From the human T2T-CHM13v2.0 reference genome, Homo sapiens, in the NCBI RefSeq assembly GCF_009914755.1, contig NC_060942.1: a stretch of DNA of 64,000 nucleotides, one strand, 5' to 3'. Below are positions 16,058 through 30,188 of the stretch, piece after piece. Position numbers and translations under genes: made by a program. Numbering within the stretch: position 1 is the first letter of the stretch; each line of letters begins with the position of its first letter. The notes beneath the pieces were generated by a model, which saw only the letters and a program-made list of their open reading frames with translations, had not been told where the DNA came from and made no database searches.

Positions 16058-16288
16058 CTCCTCGCTGCCGCAGTTTAACAGCGCATGAACTGACCAAAGA
16101 GAAGAATCCATCAAGGTAGTTAATGTCTTTTGAAGAGCAGACAAATATAAACCAAGTCATTGGTGATAGCCAACATATTGTATTTCCGATTACAGATACA
16201 GGATTCAGCTACCAAAGTGTAGTTAGCATGCACAGAGTGGAAAGAACGTTTCTTGATGAAAGAGCCCTCAATCAACCAACCAGGACCA
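16058..16288 (-). other. Candidate internal (5'UTR-type) exon of the minus-strand gene, 231 bp
   Basis: Acceptor ...GTGATTTCTTCAG| at 16289 and donor GAG|GTAATA at 16057; non-repetitive; several retained CpGs; no frame open across it. Splice motifs only, no transcript evidence. Confidence 0.3.
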
Positions 16289-16392
16289 CTGAAGAAATCA
16301 CATTCAAAATAATGTGCAACTATTTTAAAAAGCATTAGATCACCACAGTCCTTAAGGAGGCAGAACTAGTAAGAGACATAACAGTTCTCATG

Positions 16393-16753
16393 GTTACTTT
16401 AAGGCCTTTTTAGGGTTTGCTGAAGGTGGCAGTACATAGGCTGAGTGGCAAGAGATGGTGAGGTATATCGGAGTTTATCAATTATAGAACAGGTTCCTCT
16501 AGAAGGATATAAAGCACCGCCAAGTAGTTTTAAGCTGTGGCTTGTAGTTCTCTGGTGAATAGTTTTGTTAATTTAACTACTTGGGTTTAGGGCTAAGCAT
16601 AGTGGGGTATCTAATCCCAGTCTGGTTCTTAGCTATTGTGTTTTCAGGATATTGAAGTCATTTCCATAGTGTATTTTATTTCAGCTGGGGTTTTTTACAA
16701 CTTAGATGAAGTTTAGCTTTATTGGGTACAGACCTTAAACACTCTTTATGCTG
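16393..16753 (-). pseudogene. NUMT: nuclear fragment of mitochondrial 12S rRNA (approx. rCRS 930-1285)
   Basis: Minus strand reads ...AAAGAGTGTTT...CCCAATAAAGCTAAAC...ACTGGGATTAGATACCCCACTATGCTTAGCCCTAAAC...GCCACAGCTTAAAACT...TGGCGGTGCTT...CTAGAGGAACCTGTTCT...CTTCAGCAAACCCT, colinear with MT-RNR1. Confidence 0.97.
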
Positions 16754-18419
16754 ACCTGGTGAAAAAAAAATAAGTAAGATGCTTGAGATGCAAAGATGAA
16801 CAAGCCCAGCCCTCAAAGACCCACCTGCATCACCGGCCAGCACCTGGCCATCCCCTGGGATATGCCATGGTCTGCAAGATGTTGGAGGCAGCAAAGGCCA
16901 TTTCCAGTTGGAATCAGGGATTCAGAGATGGGATCTGAACAGGGTATTGAAGGAAGAGTTAGAGTTTGAATAGAAGGATAGAGGAAGAAAGGGAAGGCAG
17001 GCATTCTAAATGAGGCAACAACTTGGGTAACACCTGGAGGCTAATGAGTTAACCAATTTGTATGAGAAGGGATCTTCCAACCAGATTCCCAATATTCCAG
17101 ACAGGGTCCTATATGGAACAGTCCTTAAGCACCGTCTGTAAAATCTTTTCAATATTTTAAATCCAGTTGAAATCATAACCAATTTGGGAATAATAAATAT
17201 AAGTTAAGCTACATCCTAACTTTAAATAAGACATCAAATTTAATTGTCAGTGCATGCAAGTGTCCTCTGTTCCAGAAAACAAATTTTTTTTCTTTGTTCC
17301 TACAACCCTTCAGACCTATGCCTTTACATGGTCAGCTCTCTAGAGAGCTTCTCTCCCTGGTGGCAAGGTGTTTAAGCCTCACATTCATAATGACCATCTG
17401 GGCGTGGATTACCCACGAAGGTCAGCTCTGACCTGTCCACTCAATGCTGCTTCTAAAGCAAACTCTTAATTTCTCCCAAATCTGTTTTTTTCCCTGCAAT
17501 TTTATATCCGTTACCATTATTTACCCAATACCTCAGACTTGAATACCTGTGTATGTCTCACCACTCATTCAATTAATCTCCAAACTGCTACTAGCTCTGT
17601 CTCTGAAATGTCTCTTGCATTGATTCACCCTCCCATTCCTGCCACCCTCCCCAAGGGCTCAGGTCTTCATTACATCTCTGGACCTCCCCCACCCACCTCC
17701 ATGGTCTCCCCACCTTCGTCCCTTCCTGCCCCAATCCATATTGATGACTGCCAGATTAAGCTTCTAAAAACACAGCTTTATGACCACATCCTCCTCCAGT
17801 CCCCAAACCATCAATGGCTTCCTGTCAAATAAATCCCTAAGTCCCCCTCCCACCAACCTTTCCAATCCTTTTTCATACTATTCCTACTCCCATACTCCCA
17901 TACTACCAGTCCCAGTCATAAAGCATTACTCACTGTCTGGAAGACAGGAGCCACTTACCCCCATGCTGTCACCAATGCCATTCCTCACTGCCATGTGTCC
18001 AGACAATTACTGTCTACCCTTCACGGGCATTGTCAAATACTACATTTTTTGTGAAGGCATTCTGAATCCTCTGAATTCCACTACCATTTCATTCCTATAC
18101 CACCTGGCAATTGCATCCCTTTGTACGCATGTTCTTACTCCTGCAGGGTAACCTTCTAAAGGAGCATCTTGGTATAAAAATAACCAAATCAACATGCTAA
18201 TGAACTACTTTCTGACATGGAAGCATTATGCCAAGAGTTAGGGAAGATATAAGAGCATTAGCTGACAATGAAGTTGAGAAAGTACACTCAGCCCACAAAA
18301 AAAAATAAGCAATAATATCAACAACTCTTTTTAAGCATCATATACAGATGTTAGTCGAAGTCATGAAAATACAGGAGATCTCAGAGAAAGCACATCTCCT
18401 TAACAGAATGACAAGGCTG

Positions 18420-18700
18420 TGGCAGCATACTGCAGTGGCTTACAGCATCAATGCTGGAGACGTCTTGACTGGGTTCTAATCCCAGCTCTGGCTTTTACTT
18501 GCTTTGTGACCTCAGGAAAGTCATTTAGGCTCTCTGTGCTTCAATTTCCTCACCCATATAATAGAGACATTAATAGAACCGTCTACTCTACCCCGTAGGA
18601 TTGCTGTGAGGAGTAGGCACGCACTGTAAGCAAAACCCTTAGAGCCTGGCACACAATTCATGGCGTAAGTGTCAGTCTTATGCTCATTATTATGCAAATG
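18420..18700. mobile_element. MIR
   Basis: CTGGGTTCTAATCCCAGCTCTG...TGTGACCTCAGGAAAGTCATTTA...CTTCAATTTCCTCA core. Confidence 0.75.
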
Positions 18701-20017
18701 CTTTATATGGGGGAACAAAACACTAGACTCAGATATTTGGAAGTTAAGACACCTAGCAGGATATTTACTGGAAAAAGAGACTTGACCATTGTATCCTCAA
18801 GCCAGATTTGCTGTATTTCCTGGAGACAGGGATTTTGACTGACAGGTATGGTGAAACTCAGTTGGGGTGGCTCTTTGTACAAAGGATTGAATCCTGTGCA
18901 AATAGAACAGGCACACAGACCACTGAACCAAACACAAAGCTTCCAGCCATCGAAAGACTCATCCACAAACAGCCATTGTCTCCCACAAACAACTCGGCTG
19001 TTGTCATCCACATGGGCACCAAATGAAACCATTTGACTTACGTATTTTGGTCAGGGGTTCTGCGTAGACACAATGACAAATACAATTGATTGCAGCAGAA
19101 TAAATTTAGAATGGTGCACTGAATTTAGTCTGATAAGCAAGTTCTTGGGTTCAGCATTTTACAGGACACTAATCCATGGCATTCAGCTGGACTAAGCATA
19201 TAAGAGTCCATTTCAAAGACTGTCATATTATACAGTGATTTATTTATTAATGGTGTGGGAAACAGCTGTGACTGCAGGGTATCCACATCTGTCACTGTTC
19301 CCAAAAAATGTTAAAATGCATTATACATAAATTGCCACAAATATCTCAACTCGAACTTGTGTTGCAGACACATATACATACACAGTGAAATGAAAACTGC
19401 CAGTACACTTGAGGTTTTATTACTTTCTACTGAAAGTATTTATAGCTCAAAGCTGCTTGTTAATCACACGTCAAAATTATTAGGGTGGTAGGAATAACAA
19501 ATATTATCATCATCTCATTTTCTGATAAAATACAGAAATTACAAGAATTATTGCAATAAGGCTGATGCTGCACAAGAAAAAACAAACAAAATCTGTCCCT
19601 TTTTTTGTGTTTGGAATCTCTATTTTTACTCACTACCAGGAATACTGGCACGGCTGCTTCAGCAAAGTCTCTTCATCCCAAATGTCAGGGAAAGTCAGAC
19701 AGTAGACTGCCAAAATGAACACCCCCAAATCTGAGTGGCCAAATGCAGTAATGGTTTCTCTCTTCTTCACAGTGTATTCCAATGACACTTGGCAAGGGAG
19801 CATCTGCTCCACAAGGTCTCTTAGGAACCCAGGTTCTTTCTGCCATATCCTAGGACTTCAGACTTCTCCCCTGGACTCTTGAAACTGACCAGCAGATTAG
19901 AAAGAGAACGAGGGTAGAAAAGGCATCCCACTCTGAACTGCATCTCATTTCCATATACATCCCATTGGTGAGAACCAGTCACATGGCCCCACCTAGGTAC
20001 AGAAAGTAGTATAGTCG

Positions 20018-20210
20018 AGTGATTGTCAACTAGGGGTAATTTTGTCCCCTAGAGGACATTTGGCAATGTCTGGAGACATCTTTGATTGAACTGGGACAAC
20101 TGATACCTAGTGGGTAGAATCCAGGGATGCTACTAAACATCCCACACTGCACAGGACGGTCTTCCCACAATAAAGAATTATCCAGCCCCAGAGGTCAAAA
20201 TGCTGAGATT
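20018..20210. mobile_element. MER20 (hAT-Charlie)
   Basis: GGACATTTGGCAATGTCTGGAGACA...CCAGGGATGCTACTAAACATCC...AAGAATTATCCAGCCC. Confidence 0.85.
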
Positions 20211-20389
20211 CTGGTGAGCATCTAGCCAGCCTCTGCAGCAGTCACAGGTCCATGCTCAGGTCTAACATCATTGTCCACTAACATATACCCTAAGCAATCC
20301 CAACAAACTCACGTGTTAATCACTTGTTTGTTCATTTGCTTGTTTGAGCCTCCATTCATTCATCCAAACTCCTGAACAGACAAGATTTC

Positions 20390-20750
20390 TGTCTTAGTCT
20401 GTTTGTGCTGCTACAACAAAATACTTGTGATTGGGTGATTTATAAATAATAAATATTTATTTCTCACAGTTCTGGAAGTTGAGAAATCCAAGACCACGGC
20501 ACCAGTGGATTCAGTGTCTAGTGAGAGGCCTCTGTTTCCAAGATGACACCTTATTGTTGTGTCCTCACGTGGCAGAAGAAATGGAAGGGCCTGGCAGTTC
20601 TCTGAAGCCTCTTCGGGCATTAATCCCATTCACAAGGGCAGAGCCTTCATGGCCTAATCAACTCCTAAAGGCCCAGCTCTTAATACCATCATCTTGGGGT
20701 TTAAATTCCAACATGAATTTTGGAGGGACACATACATTCAAATGATAGCA
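20390..20750 (-). mobile_element. MLT1A-like MaLR LTR
   Basis: TGTCTTAGTCTGTTTGTGCTGC...TTTCTCACAGTTCTGGA...CAACATGAATTTTGGAGGGACA. Confidence 0.85.
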
Positions 20751-20926
20751 GTTCCTACAGCTAAAGAACTTACACTAGAGCTGGAGAGGCAACCATATGC
20801 AGAATTTTCACGCACAGGGTAAGTGGGATTAGAAAGAACAAATGGAAAGGAAAGTAAGTCGGCCTGAGGGAGCTGGAGGAGGATCAACAGGACAAGTAAA
20901 ATGGGAACAAAGTATCGAAGAAAGTA

Positions 20927-21318
20927 CAGTCTGCCCTCCATATCTGGGTCGCATATCTGTGGATTCAACCAACCATGGATCAAAAATATTCAGGAAAAAT
21001 AATACTAAATGGTTACCTCCACTCCGAATGTGCACAGACTTCTTCATTTTGTCATTACTTGCTAAACGATACAGTATAACAACAACTTACATTTATATTG
21101 TGTTTACATTTACATCATGTTTACATTACATTTGCATAGCATTTACATTGTATTAGGCTTTATAAGTAATCTAGTGACGATTTAAAGTATACACGAGGAA
21201 GTGCATAGGTTATATGCAAAAACTATGGCATATCATATCAGGGACTTGAGCATGCATGGATCTTGGTTTCTAAGGGGGTTCCTGGAATCAGTGCCCCATA
21301 GATACTGAGTGACGACTG
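20927..21318 (-). mobile_element. MER2 (TcMar-Tigger MITE)
   Basis: TA-CAGTCTGCCCTCC...GGATTCAACCAACC ... GATACTGAGTGACGACTG-TA termini. Confidence 0.85.
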
Positions 21319-21522
21319 TATATATGGTACTTATAGCTTTCCATCACTATGCTGTGTTTTGCGGGAGGGCAGAGAGGAAGGATAGGGAGAAAGCGTGTTC
21401 CGGGGAAAGGGAACTACACAAAGGAATGGGAATACAAAAGGGTATGATTTATTCCACTTTCTGGTATGGGGTCAGGAAGAAACAGTAACTAGAGAGGGAG
21501 GATTGTAAAAACATTTTTTTGA

Positions 21523-21865
<343 letters not shown>

Positions 21866-22750
21866 CTAAGCTCCCAGACTCTGACAGAATCTCTCACATA
21901 ACTATATACACTGGTGTTCAATTAAGTGGCCCTTCTAGAAACAATTCACACCACCTGACTTCACAGAAACCTGAATTAGCACAGGACAAAACTCAGGTAA
22001 TAGCCAGAAATCTTGCTGCAAATTTCCCAACAAAACTTGACACCCAAGCTTTCAAACAACCCATTCTCTAAGTCAACATCAAACACATTCAACAGATGGG
22101 TGGCCAAAATTGTCCATCTTTGTTCCCAAAGACAGGTCCGCAAAGAATTCAGATCTCTTCCTAAATTACGTTACACTGAACCAGTTTTCAAAATGCTTTT
22201 GAACCCTAATCCCAGTTGTGAGTGTGGCTCACAGGCAGTTAAGAGGAAGGACTCAAGCCAGACTGCCCAGGGTCACATATCCCAGTTCCAGCTCCAGCAC
22301 AAACTCGCCACGTAACCTTGGACAAGTCACCAGGCTTTTCCAAGTTCCACTGCCTCCCAGATAACGTGATTAAAGCACTTTAAACTGAAAGCACCCAAGC
22401 GTCTAATAAACACTATCTACTACTATATTTCTACTACAGTTATCTCCCCCACTCTCCCAAATTGTCTTTTGGTTGTCATGAAATACATTGCGGAATCCAA
22501 GATAGTTAGGAAAGGGAAATATCTGATAAATTTCCATGTCATTTTGTAAAACATTATTAATAATAACTTCAATTTGCATCAGGCAAAATGTTTTTAATTA
22601 TGAAGCCAACACCACCATATAAACAACAGTTGTTCTTCATTTTGACTAAAACTGAATTTTGAAAATACCATACACCTACACAATTCTTTACCCTTATTCT
22701 TCTCTTTACTCACTCCTCCTCCCTCAAACTGTTGTCTTTCTCTCTCTAGT

Positions 22751-23133
<383 letters not shown>

Positions 23134-23857
23134 TAGCGAACGACACCAGTCACCTGGCACTAAAAAGCCTCATAAAAGGAAGAAATTTGTTTCTTTACAA
23201 GTCAGAATCTCAAGGGAGAAATAAAAATGAGGGATGCAGACTCCAGAACCCAGAGGACAATGAGTCTGTTCAGAACTGCTTCCTCTGATGGGAAGAGGAG
23301 AAGTGCAGATGGCAGGCAAACAACCCATTTCTAGGGTTTCTGTCTCAGTAAAATCACATTCACCTTTACTAAAAGCGGTAACAGAAGCTAATACTGTTGC
23401 CCTTTGCCATAGTCAAAGACATGAAATCAAATGAATGCTGAAGCAACTAGAACTAGGCTGACTCAGGTTTAGAATCCAAAATTGATTATCACTGTCTTCC
23501 TAATTTATAAGGAATTCTAAATTATCTAGATGGCATCTATTTTTCAATCTTCATTGCAAACTAGATTTGCCCCCAAGAGAATGTTATTTTAAGGAGCACA
23601 AAGAGAGGGTTTAGCATCTCCACGCACAAGTTCTACAAATAAGATGAAATAAATTTGGGGTGAAATCTGACATATTCTTATTTCCTTCTCAGAGAAGACA
23701 TTTTTCCTTGTTAATTAACAGTCTTCTTATAGGACAGTGTGGACTGCCTTGAGATGCAATTCTTAAATAACTTATTGTTTTGTTATAAGATGTAGGGTGT
23801 ATGAACAATTAATTTTTAATAGATCTGACACCTCTGTTGGAAAAAAGAAAAGTAAAC

Positions 23858-24078
23858 TACAGTTGAGCATTCAAATTCAAACATCCAAAATCCGAAATGC
23901 TCCAAAATCAGAAACTTTTTGAGTGCAAACATGACACTCAAAGGAAATTCTCATTGGAGAATTTTGGATTTTGGATTTTCAGATGTGGAATGCTCAACCA
24001 GTAAATATAATGTTTGAATATTAAGTGTAATGCAAATATTACAAAATCCAAAATCCAAAACATAGATTAGCCTGTACT
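23858..24078. mobile_element. Tigger4/MER46 (Zombi)-like MITE
   Basis: CCAAAATCCGAAATGCTCCAAAATC...TTTTGGATTTTGGATTTTCAGA...ATGCTCAACC internal inverted structure. Confidence 0.75.
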
Positions 24079-26399
24079 TAATCTGCAGAGAAACGAACTC
24101 TTTGTACTAATATTTAGCACTGTGTGTGTAAAAATAAAGGCAATTTATTAGATGCATTCTGTTTGCCTATAAAATTCCCCTTCCAAAAACAAGTCATTTG
24201 CCTTTTTATTCGGTGAAGTAATAGACTATGAAGAAATCTGGCTTGCCAGGAACACAGTGAACACAGTATCTTGGTGTGCATGATGATTACATGGGAAAGA
24301 GGCACGCAAGTGTCTGGCAATTGCCTTCAGGTGCTCTGTGCATGAGGTTACAGAACTGGCAACCAACAAACTAATCACTGTTGCTGGCAATTTGCTAAGG
24401 TTCCAAGGAGAAAGAGAGCACAAAGGGTTTTCATTTGAGGCATCAGCTAAATACTAGAAGAACTGGTGGCTTGGCTAAGGGCCTTATCAGTCTCCATCAA
24501 TCCCACATGTTAGTAATGGAGACTCAGAGAGAGAGGAAATGCTGGCAAATTGGAGCCCAGCTCCTGAGATCTCTAAGATCTCTGCTATAGGGTGGAGCCA
24601 GGCCTGGTTCCCTTCCCAACCCCCACTTGGTATTACAGACTCATCACGAAAACCCTCTGGAATCTTTGGAAAGAAAACACTGGGTGCTGAGTACACAATG
24701 CCCCCCTCCACCCAACCCACACTACCATCATGCATACAACATAGGAATGTTCCAGAGGCATCCTAGCTTCAAACAAAAGACAAAGCAACTTGTCTGCTAG
24801 CATCATGCGGTTCCACCAGAAAGAAAAAAAACACAGTCATGAAGAGCATCAGCTCATACATAAACACACTCAGATACCAGCACAGGAAACCCAGAGCATA
24901 TCTAGATGCATGCATTTTCAAATGAGTGATGGAAGGGCCCAGAAGAGTGAGGCGCAGACTGGTTCAAAGCCCACAGTGTTCAGCCCCTCAACCTGTCCTG
25001 GAATGCATGTCTCAGAGGCCTCTTGCACTTCTCTATGCAGCTTTCAAAAGTATTTCTGAAGAATAAATTGATGCCACCATTTCAATAAGTCTTTACTGAG
25101 TGTCTACTGTGTACCGGGCCCCAAGCGGCTACCCCTTTTTAAGAAGAATTTCTAAAAGGTTTCATTAACTTTATATTTATATTGTATAGCCTAGATTCCT
25201 TGCCTTTATTAAACAGTTCTCTTCTTTTTAATAATAATAAATATCCCATTCCAAAAAGCAGATTCCTAAATAAAGGGGTTGACAAGGCTACAATGTTTTT
25301 TCCCATTTTATTCTGCCCCGCTTGCTCCTCTCTTGTAGGATGGTTGTATCTCTACTAACAATGTTAGATCTCTACAAAGCCTGCTTCAGGATGTCAAACA
25401 ACAATCACAGAACAAGACTGGAGGGTGACCAGCTCATCCCAATTTTTCTGGGACTGTTTTAAAACGGAAAGTTCCATGACCCAGGTATGCTCTTAGTCAT
25501 GGGCAAGTCTGGGGGTCACTCTACTCCCAAGAAAGCAGACCCTGAGAAAGAGGATGTCCTTCATTTCACTTGGGAAGAGTGAGGCCACAGGAGAAAGGCG
25601 ACTCATCTCCTTTAAGGAAGACTCAGGTTGCCTGGGGGCTAGCTCAGAACCCTTTCTCAGACTCCTCTCCTCCAGTTGCTTCCAGCTTTTTCCCCACTTC
25701 CTCCTGAGAAGGCCTATCATTTTAAACTCAGAGCCACTGAAAGCTTTACAGACTTTCAAACCAAAGACTCTGACAATAATGACAGGTAAAAGAAACTCCC
25801 ATGTAAACGCTGAAGGCTGTAGTTACTTGGATGCCATCACCTCCTTGGCTAGCTTAAGGGCTTCTTCAGGTTAGACCATGCCTATTCATCCCGATATTTC
25901 CAGAACTGAGCCCAATGATTGGTGGATGGTAGATGCTGGATATAAGGACGTTAGCAACAGCTGCCATTTATTTAGTCTTACATTGTGGAGGGCAACACAC
26001 TAAGCACTTTATATGTAAGTCTCTCCTGTTCTTACACTAACTCAATGAGGTCGGTTCTCCCCCATTTTGCAGCTGAAGAACAAACTCAGTCAGACCTTGT
26101 GCACTCAGGTCACGTGGCAGACGTGAAATTTAAACCCAAACCCATCTTACTTTTTAAAATTCCAGTTCATAATGACTTACCTGAATTAGAGCCATGTAAG
26201 GCAGGCATATATGCTAAGGTATCAAGAATTGAGAGAATATCAGATACATTTCTTTTATTCTCTACCCTTTTAGCTTTGCCATTACAAAAAAAAAAAAAAG
26301 CAGAAAACCAAATTAATTATGAGTTAAATACCTACAGGAAGCTAGAAGGCAGGGATTTTTTTAGAATTATGCCTGGTAAAACATAGGCATTCAACATTC

Positions 26400-26699
26400 T
26401 TTTGTTTGTTTGTTTGTTTGAGACAGTCTCATTCTGTCGCCCAGGCTGGAGTGCAGTGGCACAATCTCAGCTCACTGCAACCTCCACCTCTCAGGTTCAA
26501 GCAATTCTTCCTGCCTCAGCCTCCAGAGTAGCTAGGATTACAGGTGCCCACCACCATGCCTGCCTAATTTGTATCTTTTAGTAGAGACGGGGTTTCTCCA
26601 TGTTGGCCAGGCTGGTCTTGAACTCCTGACTTCAGGTGATCTGCCTGCCTCAGCCTCCCAAAGTGCTGGGATTACAGGCGTGAGTCACCATGCCTGGCC
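26400..26699 (-). mobile_element. AluS with (TTTG)n tail
   Basis: Antisense Alu dimer. Confidence 0.97.
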
Positions 26700-27026
26700 A
26701 TTCAAAATACATTTAATGAATGCAATTGTTTGCCTAATAAGTGGTTTAAATACCTGATGCTCAGTGTTTCAAATGCTATTTTACACACCACCATAGGTGA
26801 ATGGATGGATCTGTACCTTCAGTTTCTGAAGTACCAATGTAAAGGAGTGGAGTGGATGGACTATTTATCCCAGTTAAGGACACCTCTTTACCTGCATGGT
26901 TGAATTAACTATTACTCACTTAAAATGGCAGTAATCTTATGTCTCATGCAACAAAAGGGGTAAATTCTCCAAAGTACACAAATTTGTCCATGTGCTCACC
27001 AACCACTTCTAATCTCATATTATTAA

Positions 27027-27461
<435 letters not shown>

Positions 27462-27797
27462 TAATATTAATGTATTTCTGGTCATTTTCTTCAAGCAGCT
27501 GAACATATTTCCCTCTTTCATAATAACACTCTCATAATGATCAAGCATTTTGAGTATCAAAGAAGAGTTTCTATCATGTGAATGAGTATTCCAAAATCAA
27601 AAAAAGGGAGGTAAAACAGATGTATATCACAAAGGTATTGAAGCCTTTAATTATAAACGCAGGTGGGGCAGTCAGCGGTGGGCAACTACACCCAGTCATC
27701 ACAAATCCAGGCATCAATGCCTGCTCCGTTAGATTGTGGGGTGGTCTGGTAGGCTGTAAAGTCCTAAAGCTGCTTGTTGTATGTCACCAAGTAGAGG

Positions 27798-27852
27798 TTT
27801 TTTTTCTTTTGCTTTCTTTTGCTTTCTTTTTTTTTTTTTTTTTTTTTTTTTT
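27798..27852. repeat. T-rich low-complexity tract ending in a long poly-T
   Basis: TTTTTTTTCTTTTGCTTTCTTTTGCTTTC followed by ~26 T. Confidence 0.9.
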
Positions 27853-28256
27853 GTGGGCAAAGTAGGAGGCAAATGGAAGTTGAAAAACAGGCTTTGAGTA
27901 ACAACTAATTTTGTTAGAATCATGACCCTCATTGAGAACATTCACCTCCCAAACATTGGTATACGTACTGCAGCCTGGTCATTCTAATTTGATTCAACAT
28001 TTAATCATTATTAATGCAAGTAGGGGAAGCTCTTAAAAATAAGTTTCTATCTTCTTAACTTCCTTTAAGACTTCAAGCTAAAAGGGTCTAAAATTCCTTT
28101 AAATCACTGTAAGTCAAAATCGTTTTCTGTGTTGTCAAAGAGTCACCAATGATTTGTTTATTGAGCCCTTCCTGTGTACAAACACGGTGGCAAACACACA
28201 ATGGTGTAAAGCCTCATCCAGTCATCTTTAAGGAGCTTGCAAGAGAACTGAGATCT

Positions 28257-28386
28257 CTTTGAGTGCCTATACAACCAATCTGTTTTTCACTTTCAATACA
28301 GTATTCAATAAACTACATGAGATATTTGATGCTTTAATACAAAATAGGCTTTTTGTTACATGATTTTGCCCCCATTGTAGGCTAAT
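28257..28386 (-). repeat. 130-bp near-identical copy of 30284-30413 (MER47A interior)
   Basis: Ungapped, 2 mismatches in 130 nt by direct comparison. Confidence 0.95.
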
Positions 28387-29275
28387 TGCAGGTCACAACT
28401 GCTACATCAGCCAGCCACAGGCCCCCTTGGAAGGAACTGTGCCCCCAACCCTCTCCTGCACTAAGCAGGTCCAGGGTGAATGATAACTGGAAGGGTCCCA
28501 TTCACTGGAACTCTTGGGAAATGTGGCTTGATGACAAGACATCCTGGGACATCTCTTCAATTCACCTCCCTTTATGCAAACAAGCTTGAGTGAATTTCTA
28601 TTCTTTGCAATTAAACAGAAAGAAAAAGACACTTCAATCGTAGGTGATAATACAAGACAATCTATGACAAGTGGCCTTTGTAGAATGAATGAATGAATGT
28701 TGAATGAAATGAGAGATGGAGGCAATTTTGCCAGAGAACTTTGGATTATAAAGAATTTCTAAAGGCTAATGTGATCAAGTTAAATTTTTCAGAAGAGTTG
28801 AGAGCTGAACTGAGGCTTCGATGATAGGATAGAGGCAGAGGAAGGAAGAGGACATTTTAGGCCACAGAATGTGCTAGAATAAGAAAGAGGCAATGAAAAA
28901 CATTTTGGGCAACAGTGGATTAACCATCCCAGCTAATGTTCAGTTTTAAAGTCAGGCGGAGCAAAAGTCGAGGTTGGAAAGGAAGTTTGGGGTCAACCTG
29001 GGGAAAACTTGAAAAGCAAAACTGAAGAATATGAGCTTCCTCCCACAAGGGCAACTAAAAGTTATTAAGTGAGGGGATGAAGGATTAATTGGCCTAATGG
29101 TCTAAGAGTGACAGCATTTTCCAAACTGGAGTGGGGTGGGAAAGCCAGAAAGTGAGCAAGACCATTGTCATAGCCCAGAGAGAAACAAGGTTCTTGACTA
29201 AGATGCGGCAGTGGCAACTGTCACTAAGTGAATCTGTCAAGGAGCAGAAACAGCAATAGTAAGAAGAATGCTCCT

Positions 29276-29561
29276 GGCTAGGTGCGGTGGCTCACGCCTG
29301 TAATTCCAGCATTTTGGGAGCCCAAGGCGGGTGGATCACGAGGTCAGGAGTTCAAGACCAGCCTGGCCAACATGATGAAACCCTGTCTCTACTAAAAATA
29401 GAAAAAATTATCCCAGTAATCCCAGCTACTCGAGAGGCTGAGGCAGGAGAATAGTTTGAACCCAGGAGGCAGAGGTTACAGTGAGCTGAGATCATGCCCC
29501 ACTGCACTCCAGCCTGGGTGACAGAGCGAGACTCCATCTCAAAAAAAAAAAAAAAAAAAAG
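29276..29561 (+). mobile_element. AluS (Sg-like) with deletion at the start of the right arm
   Basis: Alu sequence; TSD AAGAATGCTCC. Confidence 0.96.
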
Positions 29562-30188
29562 AATGCTCCCTATTTCTACAGTATCTGTCAAAGCTTTTAC
29601 CAAAATCTCTTCAATTCTTGTCAAACCTCAGTGAGGAGTGCACCAAGTGTGATTATCTGGATGTCTAGATCAGAACTGAGCCGGGAAAGTTACACTTCCT
29701 TGGTAGGTGGGAATGCGATAGTGGCAGGGGAGAGGAGGTTGTAGAAAGAGAAAATACAAGCACAGAACACAGCATTTGGAGATTCTACTTCCTCATAACT
29801 TTGCTCCCACCAGCAGCACATCTTCATTTGCTCAGCCCCTCCTTTGCATGAAAGGCAGGTAACCAGGAAGTCTATGTGATGTTTGAGTAAGTTTCATCAT
29901 GCAGGATGTTTGCAATGAGTTTTATTTATGCAGGCATTAGTATATCAAGGGGTAAATAAGGCATCCTCTCCACTCCTAGGCGATCACAAGCAGCCCCCTC
30001 ACAACTCCACGAAGAACGTAGTCCAGGCCTTAGCAGCCAAACGTGATCTAGGCCAAGAAATCATGGACATCAAGAACCACCCAAAGGAGATGCAGGTCAC
30101 AGATACACTATTTGAGGTCTCCCTCTTTAAATCCTACAATGACAGTGAGTCAATTAGAAATTGAAAATCCCTAAGCATGTAACAAGCA

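Noticed and set aside
16393-16753. Functional rRNA gene or MOTS-c-like peptide locus
   Set aside because: Partial, diverged fragment with a deletion in a conserved segment; by my recalled coordinates it ends before the MOTS-c ORF
27798-27852. Poly-T tract as the tail of a retrocopy
   Set aside because: Adjacent sequence shows no recognisable retroelement or mRNA body, and no clear TSD
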